From: Methylocystis sp.
Lineage (GTDB): Bacteria; Pseudomonadota; Alphaproteobacteria; Rhizobiales; Beijerinckiaceae
Direction: 5' to 3'
NCBI GenBank assembly: GCA_046349135.1
Contig: JAXMCY010000007.1
Location: forward strand, 38,426-102,425
Length of the DNA: 64,000 bases
This document shows, piece after piece, positions 33,515 through 44,599 of the stretch. Below the pieces are notes generated by a model. That model did no database searches, was not told where the DNA came from, and saw only the letters and a program-made list of their open reading frames with translations. Positions within the stretch are counted from its first letter, which is position 1; each line of letters begins with the position of its first letter. A program made the position numbers and the translations under genes.

Positions 33515-34413
33515 GCAAGAAGAGATCGGACCGCGCCATCGTCGACGGCTGGGTGGCCCTCGATAAGCCTATCGGCCTCACCTCGACGCAGGCGGTGTCG
33601 CGTCTCAAGCGTATTTACAATGCGCAGAAGGCCGGCCATGCCGGCACGCTTGATCCGCTCGCGTCCGGCATTCTTCCCGTCGCCTTCGGCGAAGCGACCA
33701 AGACCGTGCCTTTCGTTCAGGATGGCGAGAAAGCCTACCGCTTCACCGTGCGGTGGGGCGTCGAGACCGACACGGACGATTCCGACGGACGCATGACGCG
33801 GGAAAGCGTGGCGCGGCCCGCGCACGCCGCCATCGAAGCATTGCTGCCGCAGTTTACCGGCGAGATTTTGCAGACGCCGCCGCAATTCTCGGCGATAAAA
33901 ATCGCCGGCGAGCGCGCCTATGACATTGCCCGCGAGGGCGAGCAGGTCGACTTGAAGCCCCGCGCGGTCAGGATCGACTCATTGACGCTGATCGAAGCTT
34001 CGCCAGACGAGGCGACATTCATCATGGAATGCGGCAAGGGCGCCTATGTGCGCGCGCTTGCCCGCGATCTTGGCCGCACCTTGGGCTGCCTCGGCCATGT
34101 CACGGCGCTGAGGCGTACGCGCGTCGGCCCCTTCGCCGAGGAAGACGCCTACACGCTCGACGAGATCGAGAATGAGAACATGGCGGGAGAAGCGCTGCTG
34201 TCGGTCGAGGCCGGCTTGGCCGAGCTGCCTTGCGTCGTGGTCGATCGCGACACGGCGGCGCGGCTGCGGCGCGGCGGCTCGGTAATATTGCGTGGCCGCG
34301 ATGCGCCACATGAAGGGGTCGTCTACGCCGCCTGCGGCGGCGTTCCGGTCGCCTTCGGCGAGATCGTCCAAGGGGCGCTGGCGCCGGCGCGGGTTTTTAA
34401 CCTGCCATTTTGA
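33511..34413 (+). CDS. truB: tRNA pseudouridine(55) synthase
   Basis: KAGHAGTLDPLASG, PPQFSAIK, CGKGAYVRALARDLG. Confidence 0.96.
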   Translation: MSKKRSDRAIVDGWVALDKPIGLTSTQAVSRLKRIYNAQKAGHAGTLDPLASGILPVAFGEATKTVPFVQDGEKAYRFTVRWGVETDTDDSDGRMTRESVARPAHAAIEALLPQFTGEILQTPPQFSAIKIAGERAYDIAREGEQVDLKPRAVRIDSLTLIEASPDEATFIMECGKGAYVRALARDLGRTLGCLGHVTALRRTRVGPFAEEDAYTLDEIENENMAGEALLSVEAGLAELPCVVVDRDTAARLRRGGSVILRGRDAPHEGVVYAACGGVPVAFGEIVQGALAPARVFNLPF

Positions 34414-34417
34414 AATA

Positions 34418-34533
34418 CTAGAGCAAGTTCCGAAAATGTTGACAGACTTTTTCGATCAGAACTTGCTCCAGTTTATTGATTTGGCGCGATTTCTTATCGA
34501 TCAGACGATTCCGTCTGATCGGAAAGCGCGCTA
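34418..34533. repeat. About 116-bp two-hairpin palindromic element (RIME/CIR/Bru-RS-like MITE)
   Basis: GAGCAAGTTC...GAACTTGCTC and GCGCG..TTTC..CGATCAGACG / CGTCTGATCG GAAAGCGCG hairpins; begins CTAG and ends CTA. Confidence 0.72.
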
Positions 34534-34935
34534 ATCGACGAGGGCGACGCCTTCCGCTCGTGCCGCGTGCTCCAATTGTGCGTCAAGCGTTGCGAGCGCA
34601 ATCCCTGCTCGCAAGGAAAGTTCGAGATAGGCGGCGTCATAGACCGTCAGCTGATATTTGCGCGCGAGCGACATGAGCCGCCTCTCCTCGCAATCGGCGT
34701 CCATCGTGATTGGCAAGCGGGCGATGATGCGCAGAAGCGCTTCAGTTTCATGTGCCGTCAATCGGCGCCGTCGCTCGCTGACAAGGAGGACATTACGAAT
34801 CTCAAAGAACAGCAGGGAAGGCCCGACCGCCGTCTCGCTTCGGAGGCGCTCGACAGCCTTGATCGCGCGTGGCTGACGTTCATCGGCGAGGGCGAAGCCC
34901 GCGAGGATCGAGGCGTCGATAACAAAGCCGGTCAA
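34531..34935 (-). CDS. vapC: VapC-family PIN toxin
   Basis: FVIDAS, EIRNVL, LTVYDAAYLEL, LATLD. Confidence 0.9.
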   Translation of the reverse strand: MTGFVIDASILAGFALADERQPRAIKAVERLRSETAVGPSLLFFEIRNVLLVSERRRRLTAHETEALLRIIARLPITMDADCEERRLMSLARKYQLTVYDAAYLELSLRAGIALATLDAQLEHAARAEGVALVD

Positions 34936-35177
34936 TATTTATGACCTTGATGGCGCGCATGGAGCACTTCCTCCAGCGGCGCTTTTCTCACGCTTTCGCG
35001 AAAGCGCGTCAGATCATCAATTGCACGATCAATCTCGGCCTGTTTGAGGCCCGTCTCAGGCGCCAAGCGCGCGATGCGGCGTCCATGCCGAGTGATGACG
35101 ATCGTTTCGCCGCGTTCGACGGCGGTCAGAAGTTCCGCCAGTCGGGCTTTCGCGTCGGACGCTTGCACTTCTCGCAT
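34932..35177 (-). CDS. Phd/YefM-family antitoxin
   Basis: DAKARLAELL..VERGETIVITRHGRRIARL; 4-nt overlap with the toxin. Confidence 0.9.
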   Translation of the reverse strand: MREVQASDAKARLAELLTAVERGETIVITRHGRRIARLAPETGLKQAEIDRAIDDLTRFRESVRKAPLEEVLHARHQGHKY

Positions 35178-35211
35178 GAGATGTCATAGACTGGTTTAAA
35201 TAACCGGTCAA
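35178..35211 (-). promoter_or_regulatory. TA promoter with operator palindrome (leaderless arrangement)
   Basis: Minus strand TTGACC-N17-TATGAC, 5 nt before the ATG; GACTGGTT-N5-AACCGGTC inverted repeat at 35189-35209. Confidence 0.6.
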
Positions 35212-35280
35212 GATCCAATTCCGTGAGGAGGCGATTCATATTCGGCAAGCTTGTGCTATGGGTGCCGAAGATCGCGCCGC

Positions 35281-36105
35281 ATGACCCGACCGCCAAAACT
35301 CCTCATCTTCGACTCGGGCCTTGGAGGCCTCACGGTCTTTTCCGAGATCGTCAAGCTGCGGCCGGTGGCGGAATATCTGTATTGCGCCGACGACGCCGGA
35401 TTTCCCTATGGCTCCTGGAAAGAGCCGGCGCTCGTAAGCCGCGTCGTGAGGCTCATGGAGGGGCTGATCGCTGACCACGCGCCGGACATGGCCGTGATCG
35501 CCTGCAACACCGCGTCGACGATCGTCCTGCCCGATTTGCGCCTGCATTGGCCGAATTTGCCCTTCGTTGGCACGGTGCCGGCGATTAAGCCGGCGGCTGA
35601 GCGCACGCGGTCAAAGGTAATCTCCGTGCTCGGCACGCCGGGCACGGTCGCCCGCGATTACACGCAAAACCTCATCGCGCAATTCGCCGGCCATTGCTCG
35701 GTGACTCTCGTCGGCTCGAAGCGGCTGGCGAGTCTCGCCGAAAGCTATATGCATGGGGAAAAGGTAAGCGACGCCGACATCGTCGCCGAAATTGCGCCCT
35801 GCTTTAACGAAGAGGGCGACAGGCGCACCGACGCCGTCGCGCTCGCCTGCACGCATTACCCGCTGCTGATCGACGAATTCAAACGGCTTGCGCCCTGGCC
35901 GGTGGAATGGATCGACCCGGCGCCGGCGATCGCGCGGCGCGCGGATCAGCTGCTTGCCGAGCGAGGGTTTGGTCACGATGTTTCGGGAGAACGGCCAGCC
36001 TCCCGCGCCGCAATCTTCACGAGCGGCGCCCGCCCGCCGGCGCCGCTCGCCGCAACGCTCGCGCGCTATGGTCTCGAGCGGACCGTTTTCGTCCCGACGG
36101 CTTAA
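35281..36105 (+). CDS. murI: Glutamate racemase
   Basis: FDSGLGGLTV, IACNTAST, VPAIKPA, LACTHYP. Confidence 0.95.
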   Translation: MTRPPKLLIFDSGLGGLTVFSEIVKLRPVAEYLYCADDAGFPYGSWKEPALVSRVVRLMEGLIADHAPDMAVIACNTASTIVLPDLRLHWPNLPFVGTVPAIKPAAERTRSKVISVLGTPGTVARDYTQNLIAQFAGHCSVTLVGSKRLASLAESYMHGEKVSDADIVAEIAPCFNEEGDRRTDAVALACTHYPLLIDEFKRLAPWPVEWIDPAPAIARRADQLLAERGFGHDVSGERPASRAAIFTSGARPPAPLAATLARYGLERTVFVPTA

Positions 36106-36440
36106 TGCGGCGCGTGATCCAGTTTCGCCAGCGCCTCTTTGGCGTGCTTGACGCCGCCCTTGGCGTTTCCCTTCTCGCCAAACTTGATCGCCTGCTTCAG
36201 ATGGACGATGCCGGCGCGCACGAAGCGGTTCGACTTCTCCTTCTGAGCAGCCTCGGCGTGCTCCAAGGCTTGCTTGGCGTGTTCGACGACTCCGTCCGCC
36301 TTGCCCTCAAGACCAGCGTCGACCGCCGCACGCGTATGGGTGATCGCTTCGGCGACGTGATTTTCCTGCGCGCGCGCAATTGGCGAAAACAACGCCGCGA
36401 CGGACAGCGCGACGAAGGCGATCAGCGTTCTGCGCATCAT
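36102..36440 (-). CDS. smbP: Small metal-binding protein, SmbP family
   Basis: Signal peptide, then His-periodic helices HVAEAITHTRAA, VEHAKQALEHA, GIVHLKQAI, KHAKEAL. Confidence 0.8.
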   Translation of the reverse strand: MMRRTLIAFVALSVAALFSPIARAQENHVAEAITHTRAAVDAGLEGKADGVVEHAKQALEHAEAAQKEKSNRFVRAGIVHLKQAIKFGEKGNAKGGVKHAKEALAKLDHAPH

Positions 36441-36561
36441 AAATTGCCTCCCTTGCGTAAAGGCGGGCGGAATCATTGCCGTTCAGCTCCGCTGGTGTTG
36501 AATTAATGCGGAGGCGGCGCCGTGCAAGAGCCGCGGCGTCGCCGCTGCTCGCTGTCGCGTT

Positions 36562-37821
36562 TCAAGGCTTCGCGCGATCGGTCAATGTTTCGAGAAAAGC
36601 GACGATGGCGTCGATGTCCTTTTCGGACAGTCGCGGCTTTTCCCCGAGCTTGCGATCATAAGGAACTTCCTCGACATTGACGTTCTCCTGCGCGGCGGCG
36701 GGGAGGTCGTCGAATTTTTGCGGCTTGCCGCGCCGGTCTTTCGGATACCAATGGCCGGGATCGGTGTCCCGCGTCGCATAAAAGGCGACGACGTCGCGCA
36801 GTCTGTCGAAGACGCCATTGTGCAGATAGGGGCCGGTGACGGCGATGTTGCGCAGCGTCGGGACCTTAAAGGCGCCGCAGACGCTCTCGACCGTGAAATC
36901 CGCCGGCGCCGTCGCGGCGAGTCCGGGTTGCGCGCAGAGGCCGAGATCGGGCGCCGCATCGGGTTTCGCCGCGCTCGGGATCGCCCTGTTCTTGGGGCCG
37001 CCAAGCGCGTCATAGGTGAAGTCGGTGAAAAGCCAATCCTGCGGGTTGCGCGAGTCTTCCTTGCCGGCGTGGCAGGCGAGGCAATTGCCCTTCTTGGGAT
37101 CCTTGAAGAGTTTGAAGCCCTTCTTCTCAAGCGCTGTCAGCTGCGCCTCGCCGCGTAGATAATCGTCGAACTTCGAGGCGAAGGGATGAAAACGCGCGCT
37201 TGCCTCAAAGGCGACGACCGCTTGCGCGAGCTTCTCGAAGGCGGCGTCCGGATTGTCGAAAACCTTCTCGCCGTAGACTTCGCGGACAAGGTCGGCGTAA
37301 GCGCCGTCGCGCACCGCCTCGACGATGAAGCGCTTTGACGGCGCATTCATTTCGAGCGGATCGAGCATCGGACCCTCGACCTGAGCGAGGAGGTCGCGGG
37401 CGCGGCCGTCAAGGAACTGTCCGCCAGCGGGAATCTTTTCGATCTTGCCTGTCTTTTCGTCCTTGTCGTCGATGAAGCCGAAGGATGGCGCGAAGGACGC
37501 GTACATGATCGAGGGCGTATTGCGCTTGCCCAAGGATGTCGGCAACGATCCACGGGACACGGCGGGCGCGCTCGAGCCATTATTGCCTTGGAAAGCTTTT
37601 GCGGCGTCGTGGCAGGAGGCGCAGGAGACGCCTGCCGGACGAGACAGATTTGCGTCTTCAAAAACGCGCTTGCCGAGAAGCTCCATCGGCGTGAGGCCGC
37701 GGTCGTCAGGCGCGGCTGCGGCGGATGGCGTCGCTTGCGCGCAGAACGAAGAGCCGAGCAATGCGAAGACAGCGCAAAGCGCCGCTCGGCGCGCTTTGCG
37801 TACGCAGTAAAGGGTCGTCAC
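36562..37821 (-). CDS. Dihaem cytochrome c peroxidase-superfamily protein (MauG/BthA-like); start uncertain
   Basis: CASCH and CLACH, RNTPS, FLDGRA, GAFKVPTLRNIA, PYLHNG, LRDVVAFY, FLETLTD. Confidence 0.85.
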   Translation of the reverse strand: MTTLYCVRKARRAALCAVFALLGSSFCAQATPSAAAAPDDRGLTPMELLGKRVFEDANLSRPAGVSCASCHDAAKAFQGNNGSSAPAVSRGSLPTSLGKRNTPSIMYASFAPSFGFIDDKDEKTGKIEKIPAGGQFLDGRARDLLAQVEGPMLDPLEMNAPSKRFIVEAVRDGAYADLVREVYGEKVFDNPDAAFEKLAQAVVAFEASARFHPFASKFDDYLRGEAQLTALEKKGFKLFKDPKKGNCLACHAGKEDSRNPQDWLFTDFTYDALGGPKNRAIPSAAKPDAAPDLGLCAQPGLAATAPADFTVESVCGAFKVPTLRNIAVTGPYLHNGVFDRLRDVVAFYATRDTDPGHWYPKDRRGKPQKFDDLPAAAQENVNVEEVPYDRKLGEKPRLSEKDIDAIVAFLETLTDRAKP

Positions 37822-38138
37822 TTGACGCTGCCCCGATGAAGAAGAGATTGCGCTCTTCGCGCGTTGAAAAATTTTAGGAATTGCGGGGCGCAAAGGTCAA
37901 TTTCGGTACTTTGGATTTCTTCCAGCAAGGGTGCGTGTTTAGGCCGCATCTGCCCGCTGCGCCCGCAGCGAACGTTCCGCCACAATATAAATAAATGGTT
38001 GATATAAAAAGTGTTTGTTGGTCAGGAAGACGCTCGGCCCAGTACAGCCACATTTTTGCGTTTGCCTGAGCGCGGATGGTGTGACCGCGCGCGACTCGTC
38101 TCGGACTTCCTGGCGCGCGGCAATGAAAGGGTTCTGGC

Positions 38139-39197
38139 ATGAAAGATATCGGCGACGACAGGGAGCTGATGGCTGAATTTGCCGAGTTTAAAGAATTACT
38201 GCGTCGGGACCTGGGCCATGCGCTGTCCTTGGAGCCGGCCACGCGGGTCGCGGACGAGGCGGCTCTTGCGCATGCGCCCGGCTACGCGGCGATCAATCCC
38301 GGCCCGTCTCCTGAAGCGCCCCGCGCGGAGGATTCCTGGATCGCGGTCCATGCGACCGAAGAGGAGTTCGACGAAGAGCCGGAGAATGAGCCTGAGGGCG
38401 GACGCCGGGCGCTGTTCTTCGCCGCGGCGGCGATCGTCATCGCAGGACTCGCGGCCTTGACCTGGGTCTTGGGGCCGTGGAACGCCGCTGATCCGAACGA
38501 GGATCCTGCGCTGGCTACTGCGCCGCCTTTGACCGTTCCAGACGCCGCGCCTGCGATCGACAGCGCTGCGACGCAGCCCCAAGACGCGGCTCCCACGCAG
38601 GAAACCGCCGGCGCCCCGGAACGCGCGAACGCGCCGCTCGAACCGGTTGATGGCGCGTCGACGATTGGGACGCCCGCTCCTGCGGCGGGCGGCGCAGCGA
38701 TGGGGCCGATGGGTTCGTCCATCCCTGTTCCCACCGAGGCGGCCATGGCGCCACAGCTCGCGCCTCTGCCGACGACCGCGGCGGCTCCGAACGCCGCGCC
38801 AGCGGAGCCGGCGCCGCCGCCGGTGGCGGTTGCTCCGCCGGTAACGGCCGCTCCGCCAGTCGCGGCCGCTCCGCCAAGAACGGTCACCCCGAAGGCCGTT
38901 GCGCCGGAGCCGCGGCAAGCGGCTGCGCCCTCGGCGCCCGTCGCGGAGCCTCCCGCCGCCGCGGCCGAGGCGGCCCCGGCCCCGAAGCCGGCCGCCCGCG
39001 CGAAGGTTGCGAAGCCGAAGAAGCCGACGACGACGAAGCCGGTCGCGAGCCGTCCGGCTCCCGCGCCTGCTCAGCCGGTCGCAGTCGCCGCGCCCGAACC
39101 CGCGCCGCCCCCTCCGCCGGCAAACGATGGGCCGTTGGGCTTCGTCAAACGTTCGGTCAATGCGGTTGGATCGGCGATCGGCGGCATCGTTCGCTAA
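38139..39197 (+). CDS. Pro/Ala-rich bitopic membrane protein
   Basis: Acidic N-terminus, one TM (LFFAAAAIVIAGLAALTWVL), long low-complexity linker, C-terminal amphipathic helix. Confidence 0.7.
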   Translation: MKDIGDDRELMAEFAEFKELLRRDLGHALSLEPATRVADEAALAHAPGYAAINPGPSPEAPRAEDSWIAVHATEEEFDEEPENEPEGGRRALFFAAAAIVIAGLAALTWVLGPWNAADPNEDPALATAPPLTVPDAAPAIDSAATQPQDAAPTQETAGAPERANAPLEPVDGASTIGTPAPAAGGAAMGPMGSSIPVPTEAAMAPQLAPLPTTAAAPNAAPAEPAPPPVAVAPPVTAAPPVAAAPPRTVTPKAVAPEPRQAAAPSAPVAEPPAAAAEAAPAPKPAARAKVAKPKKPTTTKPVASRPAPAPAQPVAVAAPEPAPPPPPANDGPLGFVKRSVNAVGSAIGGIVR

Positions 39198-39214
39198 CCG
39201 CGATCGCTCAGTCG

Positions 39215-39246
39215 AAACGCCGGCGCCATCCGCGCCGGCGTTTTTC
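39215..39246 (+). terminator. Intrinsic terminator
   Basis: AAACGCCGGCGC-loop-GCGCCGGCGTTTTT. Confidence 0.75.
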
Positions 39247-39352
39247 ATTGGCGAATAGGCCGGCCGTGGCCTTTGCCAAATGTCTCGGCCTGTGACTTTA
39301 TCCGGACGTTCGGGCGGCGCGGCGCGCATCGACGAACTGGAGAGCTGCACGC

Positions 39353-39925
39353 ATGGCCAAACCTACCCAAGCTGACGCAGAAGCGGCCGTGCGGGTTCTC
39401 ATCGAATGGGCGGGAGACGATCCCGACCGCGAGGGGCTCATCGACACGCCGGAGCGGGTGGCGCGTTCCTACCGAGAGCTTTTTTCGGGCTATGACGTCG
39501 ATCCGCGCGACTATCTCAAGCGCACCTTCGACGAGGTCGGCGGCTATGACGAACTCGTGGTCTTGAAAGACATCCGCGTCGTCAGCTTCTGCGAGCATCA
39601 TCTGCTGCCGGTGACTGGACGCGCCCATGTCGGCTATCTCCCGAACAAGCGGGTGGTCGGCATCTCAAAGCTCGCGCGCGTCGTGCACGGCTTCGCGCGC
39701 CGCCTGCAGATTCAGGAAAAGCTCACCGCGGAAATCGCGGAGGCGATCCAGGACATTCTCGAGCCGGCGGGCGTCGGCGTCGTCATCGAGGCCGAGCACA
39801 GCTGCATGACGCTGCGCGGGGTCAACACCACGGGCTCGCTCCTGACGACGAGCCGGCTGCTCGGCGTGATCCGCGACGACCCGCGCACCCGCGAGGAATT
39901 CCTCGGCATGGTGCACGGGAAATAA
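39353..39925 (+). CDS. folE: GTP cyclohydrolase I
   Basis: [42 protein letters not shown]. Confidence 0.96.
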   Translation: MAKPTQADAEAAVRVLIEWAGDDPDREGLIDTPERVARSYRELFSGYDVDPRDYLKRTFDEVGGYDELVVLKDIRVVSFCEHHLLPVTGRAHVGYLPNKRVVGISKLARVVHGFARRLQIQEKLTAEIAEAIQDILEPAGVGVVIEAEHSCMTLRGVNTTGSLLTTSRLLGVIRDDPRTREEFLGMVHGK

Positions 39926-39939
39926 GGCGCGAGGAATTT

Positions 39940-41052
39940 CTAGCCGAGCGTGTTCTTCAGCTCGGCGACGATGGCGTCCCCCATCTCCTTGGTTGAGACG
40001 GTCGAGGGCGCGTCGCCCTTGATGTCCGCCGTGCGCAGACCTTTCGTGAGCACATTGGCGATCGCGGCGTCGATGGCGTCGGCCGCCTTCGGCAGATCGA
40101 AACTGTAGCGCAGAGCCATGCCGAGTGAGCCGATCATGGCGATCGGATTGGCGATCCCCTTGCCCGGCGATATCGGGCGCCGAGCCATGGCGAAGGGTTC
40201 ATACATCGCGTGGCGCTTGCCCGTCTCGTCGCCCGCGCCAAGAGACGCCGACGGCAGCATGCCGAGCGAGCCCGTCAGCATGGCGGCTTCGTCCGACAGC
40301 ATGTCGCCGAAGAGATTGTCGGTGACGACGACATCGAACTGCTTGGGCCAGCGCACGAGCTGCATCGCGAGCGCGTCGGCGAGCATATGTTCGAGCGTCA
40401 CATCGGAATATTCGCGCTTATGCAGCGCGGCGATCACCTCGCGCCACAGATAGCCCGACTTCATCACATTGGATTTTTCCGAAGAGGTCACCTTGTTATT
40501 GCGCTTGCGCGCCAGCTCGAAGGCGACCCGGCCGATGCGCTCGATCTCGTAGGTCTCGTAGACCTGAGTGTCGACCGCGCGCTTCTGGCCGCCGCCGAGG
40601 TCTGTGATTTCCTTCGGCTCGCCGAAATAGACGCCGCCGGTCAATTCGCGCACGATCATGATGTCGAGACCGTCGACGATGTCGCGCTTCAAGGACGAAG
40701 CGTCGGCGAGCGCCGGATAGCAGATCGCCGGGCGCAGATTGGCGAAAAGGCCGAGTTCCTTGCGCAGGCGCAGGAGCCCCGCTTCGGGGCGAACGTCGTA
40801 AGGCACGCTGTTCCATTTCGGCCCGCCGACGGCGGCGAGAAGCACGGCGTCAGCCTCATGCGCGCGCTTCATGTCTGCTTCGCTGATCGCGACTTTGTGC
40901 GCGTCATAGGCCGCGCCGCCGACCAGTCCCCGCTCGATCTCGAAGCGCGCGACGCCCGCCGCATTCAAAAGGGCGAGAACTTTCTCGGCTTCGGCGGAAA
41001 TTTCCGGCCCGATGCCGTCGCCCGGCAGGAGCAGGAGCTTGTATATGGCCAT
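39940..41052 (-). CDS. leuB: 3-isopropylmalate dehydrogenase (local compensating frameshift)
   Basis: LPGDGIGPE, LFANLRP, VRELTGGVYFG, NLFGDMLSDEAA; HGSAPDIA is read in a shifted frame near 40165-40197. Confidence 0.95.
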   Translation of the reverse strand: MAIYKLLLLPGDGIGPEISAEAEKVLALLNAAGVARFEIERGLVGGAAYDAHKVAISEADMKRAHEADAVLLAAVGGPKWNSVPYDVRPEAGLLRLRKELGLFANLRPAICYPALADASSLKRDIVDGLDIMIVRELTGGVYFGEPKEITDLGGGQKRAVDTQVYETYEIERIGRVAFELARKRNNKVTSSEKSNVMKSGYLWREVIAALHKREYSDVTLEHMLADALAMQLVRWPKQFDVVVTDNLFGDMLSDEAAMLTGSLGMLPSASLGAGDETGKRHAMYEPFAMARRPISPGKGIANPIAMIGSLGMALRYSFDLPKAADAIDAAIANVLTKGLRTADIKGDAPSTVSTKEMGDAIVAELKNTLG

Positions 41053-41295
41053 GAACGCCTCGTCGTCGGCTTGAAACTCGCGCCGTCAATAGAGCGCGCG
41101 ACAAGGCGACGCAACCACGCAAAATTCGTCTCGGTTGTGCGACAATTCGCGCGACGCGTCGGCCTTGCGAGCTTTCGTGAAGCCGTGCAGCTTGAAAAAT
41201 GTCAAGTATGAAGGGGCTTCACGCCAGACGCGCCAATGAATGAGCGGCGTCGGTCGGAGGCGATGCGCAGTTCTGCGCGGTTGGGAGACGCAAAG

Positions 41296-41775
41296 ATGAA
41301 GAGCCACAAAACGATCCTATATGCCATGGCGCTTGGCCTGTTCGGCGTTCTCGCCGGCGCGGCGCCCGCCAAGGCGTTCTGCCTCATCAATTGCGAGCCC
41401 AAGCCCGAGGACGCGAAAAAGGTCTTCGACAATCTCGTCAAGAAGAAATTCGACAAGGATGCGGTGATCGAAAATTTCGAGATCACGCGCTTCTGGCCGC
41501 TCGACGTCGAAGGCGCCGGCCACGCTGGTTATGAGTTTTATTACACCGCGAAAGTGCGCTTCCCGAACGGCGCCAATCTCGAATGCAAGCCCGAGGGCGG
41601 CGCGGCGAAGCCCGGCTGCTCGGACAATACGACCTATTATTCGACGACGATCCAGAATCAGATGATCAAGGACAAGCAATATATCGAGCCGGGCAAGGTC
41701 GTCGAGTTCAAGGACGAAACCCGCTTCGACCAGGAAGGCTCCAAATGGAAGGGCCAGGACGGCAATTTCTATTGA
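41296..41775 (+). CDS. Secreted hypothetical protein with N-terminal CxxxC
   Basis: GGAG RBS; signal peptide ending AKA; mature FCLINC; second Cys pair; strong GC3 bias. Confidence 0.8.
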   Translation: MKSHKTILYAMALGLFGVLAGAAPAKAFCLINCEPKPEDAKKVFDNLVKKKFDKDAVIENFEITRFWPLDVEGAGHAGYEFYYTAKVRFPNGANLECKPEGGAAKPGCSDNTTYYSTTIQNQMIKDKQYIEPGKVVEFKDETRFDQEGSKWKGQDGNFY

Positions 41776-41955
41776 GCGTCCCTGCCGGCGACGAGACGGC
41801 GCCGATTGCGACCGTCAGGCGCGCGATCCGTCGTTCCGGCGGCTGATCGCGTCGCTTTTCCTTTCGCCCCTTCCGCGCGCGCGGCGCTTGGTGTAGAAGG
41901 CCGCCCAATGGGTTGCGCGCCGGGCTGAGGCTCAGGCGCGGCTGGAAGGGTTCAC

Positions 41956-42843
41956 ATGCAGCAGGTCATTATCGCGATCCACCTGATGGTGGTGACGGCG
42001 CTCGTCATTCTCGTGCTTTATCAGAAGTCCGAGGGCGGCGCGCTTGGCATGGGCGGCAGCGGCGTCTTCACCGGCCGCGGCCAGGCCAATGCGCTCACCC
42101 GCGCCACCGGCATTCTCGCGACGATGTTCTTCATCACCAGCATCGCGCTGACCGTGCTGCCGGCCTGGGAGCGGCGCAGCGAGGGCGGCGACGACTGGAC
42201 CAAGGCGCTTGATCCGGGATCGATCCAGATCAAGGAGCTTCCCAAGGGCGAAGGCAAGGGCGAGCAGGCCGCGCCGGAGAAAGCGCCAGAGCCGGGCAAG
42301 GACAGCATTTTCGACCAGCTCCAGCGCGCCCAGCAGAAGCGCCAGCAGAGCGCGCCAGCAGGCGCGCCCCCCGCCGCAGCGCCCCCGCCGGCCGTAACGA
42401 CTCCGCCCGCCGCGGAAGCGCCTGCGCAGGGTCCGTCGTCGGAGCCTGCCGCGCCAGCGCCGAAGGCGGAAGCTCCCAAGCCGGAAGCGACGACGCCTGA
42501 AGCGCCCAAGAACGAAGCGCCCAAGACTGAAGCGCCCAAGACCGAAGCGCCGGCCGCGCCGACCTCGACGGCTCCTGCTGCGCCGGCGGTGACGCCGCCC
42601 GCCGCGGAGGCGCCGAAGGCTGAAGCGCCCAAGGCTGAAGCGCCCAAGACTGAAGCGCCCAAGACTGACGGCCTGAAATGGGAAGCGCCGAAGACCGAGG
42701 CCCCGGCCGCCGCGCCGGAGTCGAAGCCCGCCGAATCCCAGCCGGCGGAGTCGCAGGCCAAGCCGCCCGCTCCGGAGACCAAGCCCGCAGAGCCGGAATC
42801 GAAGGCCGCTCCCCCGACCACCTGGAAAGCGCCGACCCAGTAA
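41956..42843 (+). CDS. secG: Preprotein translocase subunit SecG with a long Pro/Ala/Glu/Lys-rich tail
   Basis: IHLMV..LV..VLYQKSEGGALGMGG, NALTRATGILA; directly upstream of pyrG. Confidence 0.9.
   Translation: MQQVIIAIHLMVVTALVILVLYQKSEGGALGMGGSGVFTGRGQANALTRATGILATMFFITSIALTVLPAWERRSEGGDDWTKALDPGSIQIKELPKGEGKGEQAAPEKAPEPGKDSIFDQLQRAQQKRQQSAPAGAPPAAAPPPAVTTPPAAEAPAQGPSSEPAAPAPKAEAPKPEATTPEAPKNEAPKTEAPKTEAPAAPTSTAPAAPAVTPPAAEAPKAEAPKAEAPKTEAPKTDGLKWEAPKTEAPAAAPESKPAESQPAESQAKPPAPETKPAEPESKAAPPTTWKAPTQ
42499..42705 (+). repeat. Coding 15-bp tandem repeats (GAAGCGCCCAAGNNN = EAPKx) in two blocks
   Basis: Copies at 42499, 42514, 42529, 42622, 42637 and 42652, plus degenerate copies. Confidence 0.85.
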
Positions 42844-42935
42844 GGCGCGTCCAATTCGCTTCGCGTGATTTTGGCTGGGGGCGACGGCTCCCGGCCCAAT
42901 AAAATTCGCTATCAGAATCGCTTGAAAGGCGTTAG

Positions 42936-44576
<1,641 letters not shown>

Positions 44577-44599
44577 GAGTGCATCATGCCGAACAGCGT

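Noticed and set aside
42499-42705. Short direct repeats as a possible CRISPR array
   Set aside because: 15-bp in-frame coding repeats with no unique spacers and no cas genes
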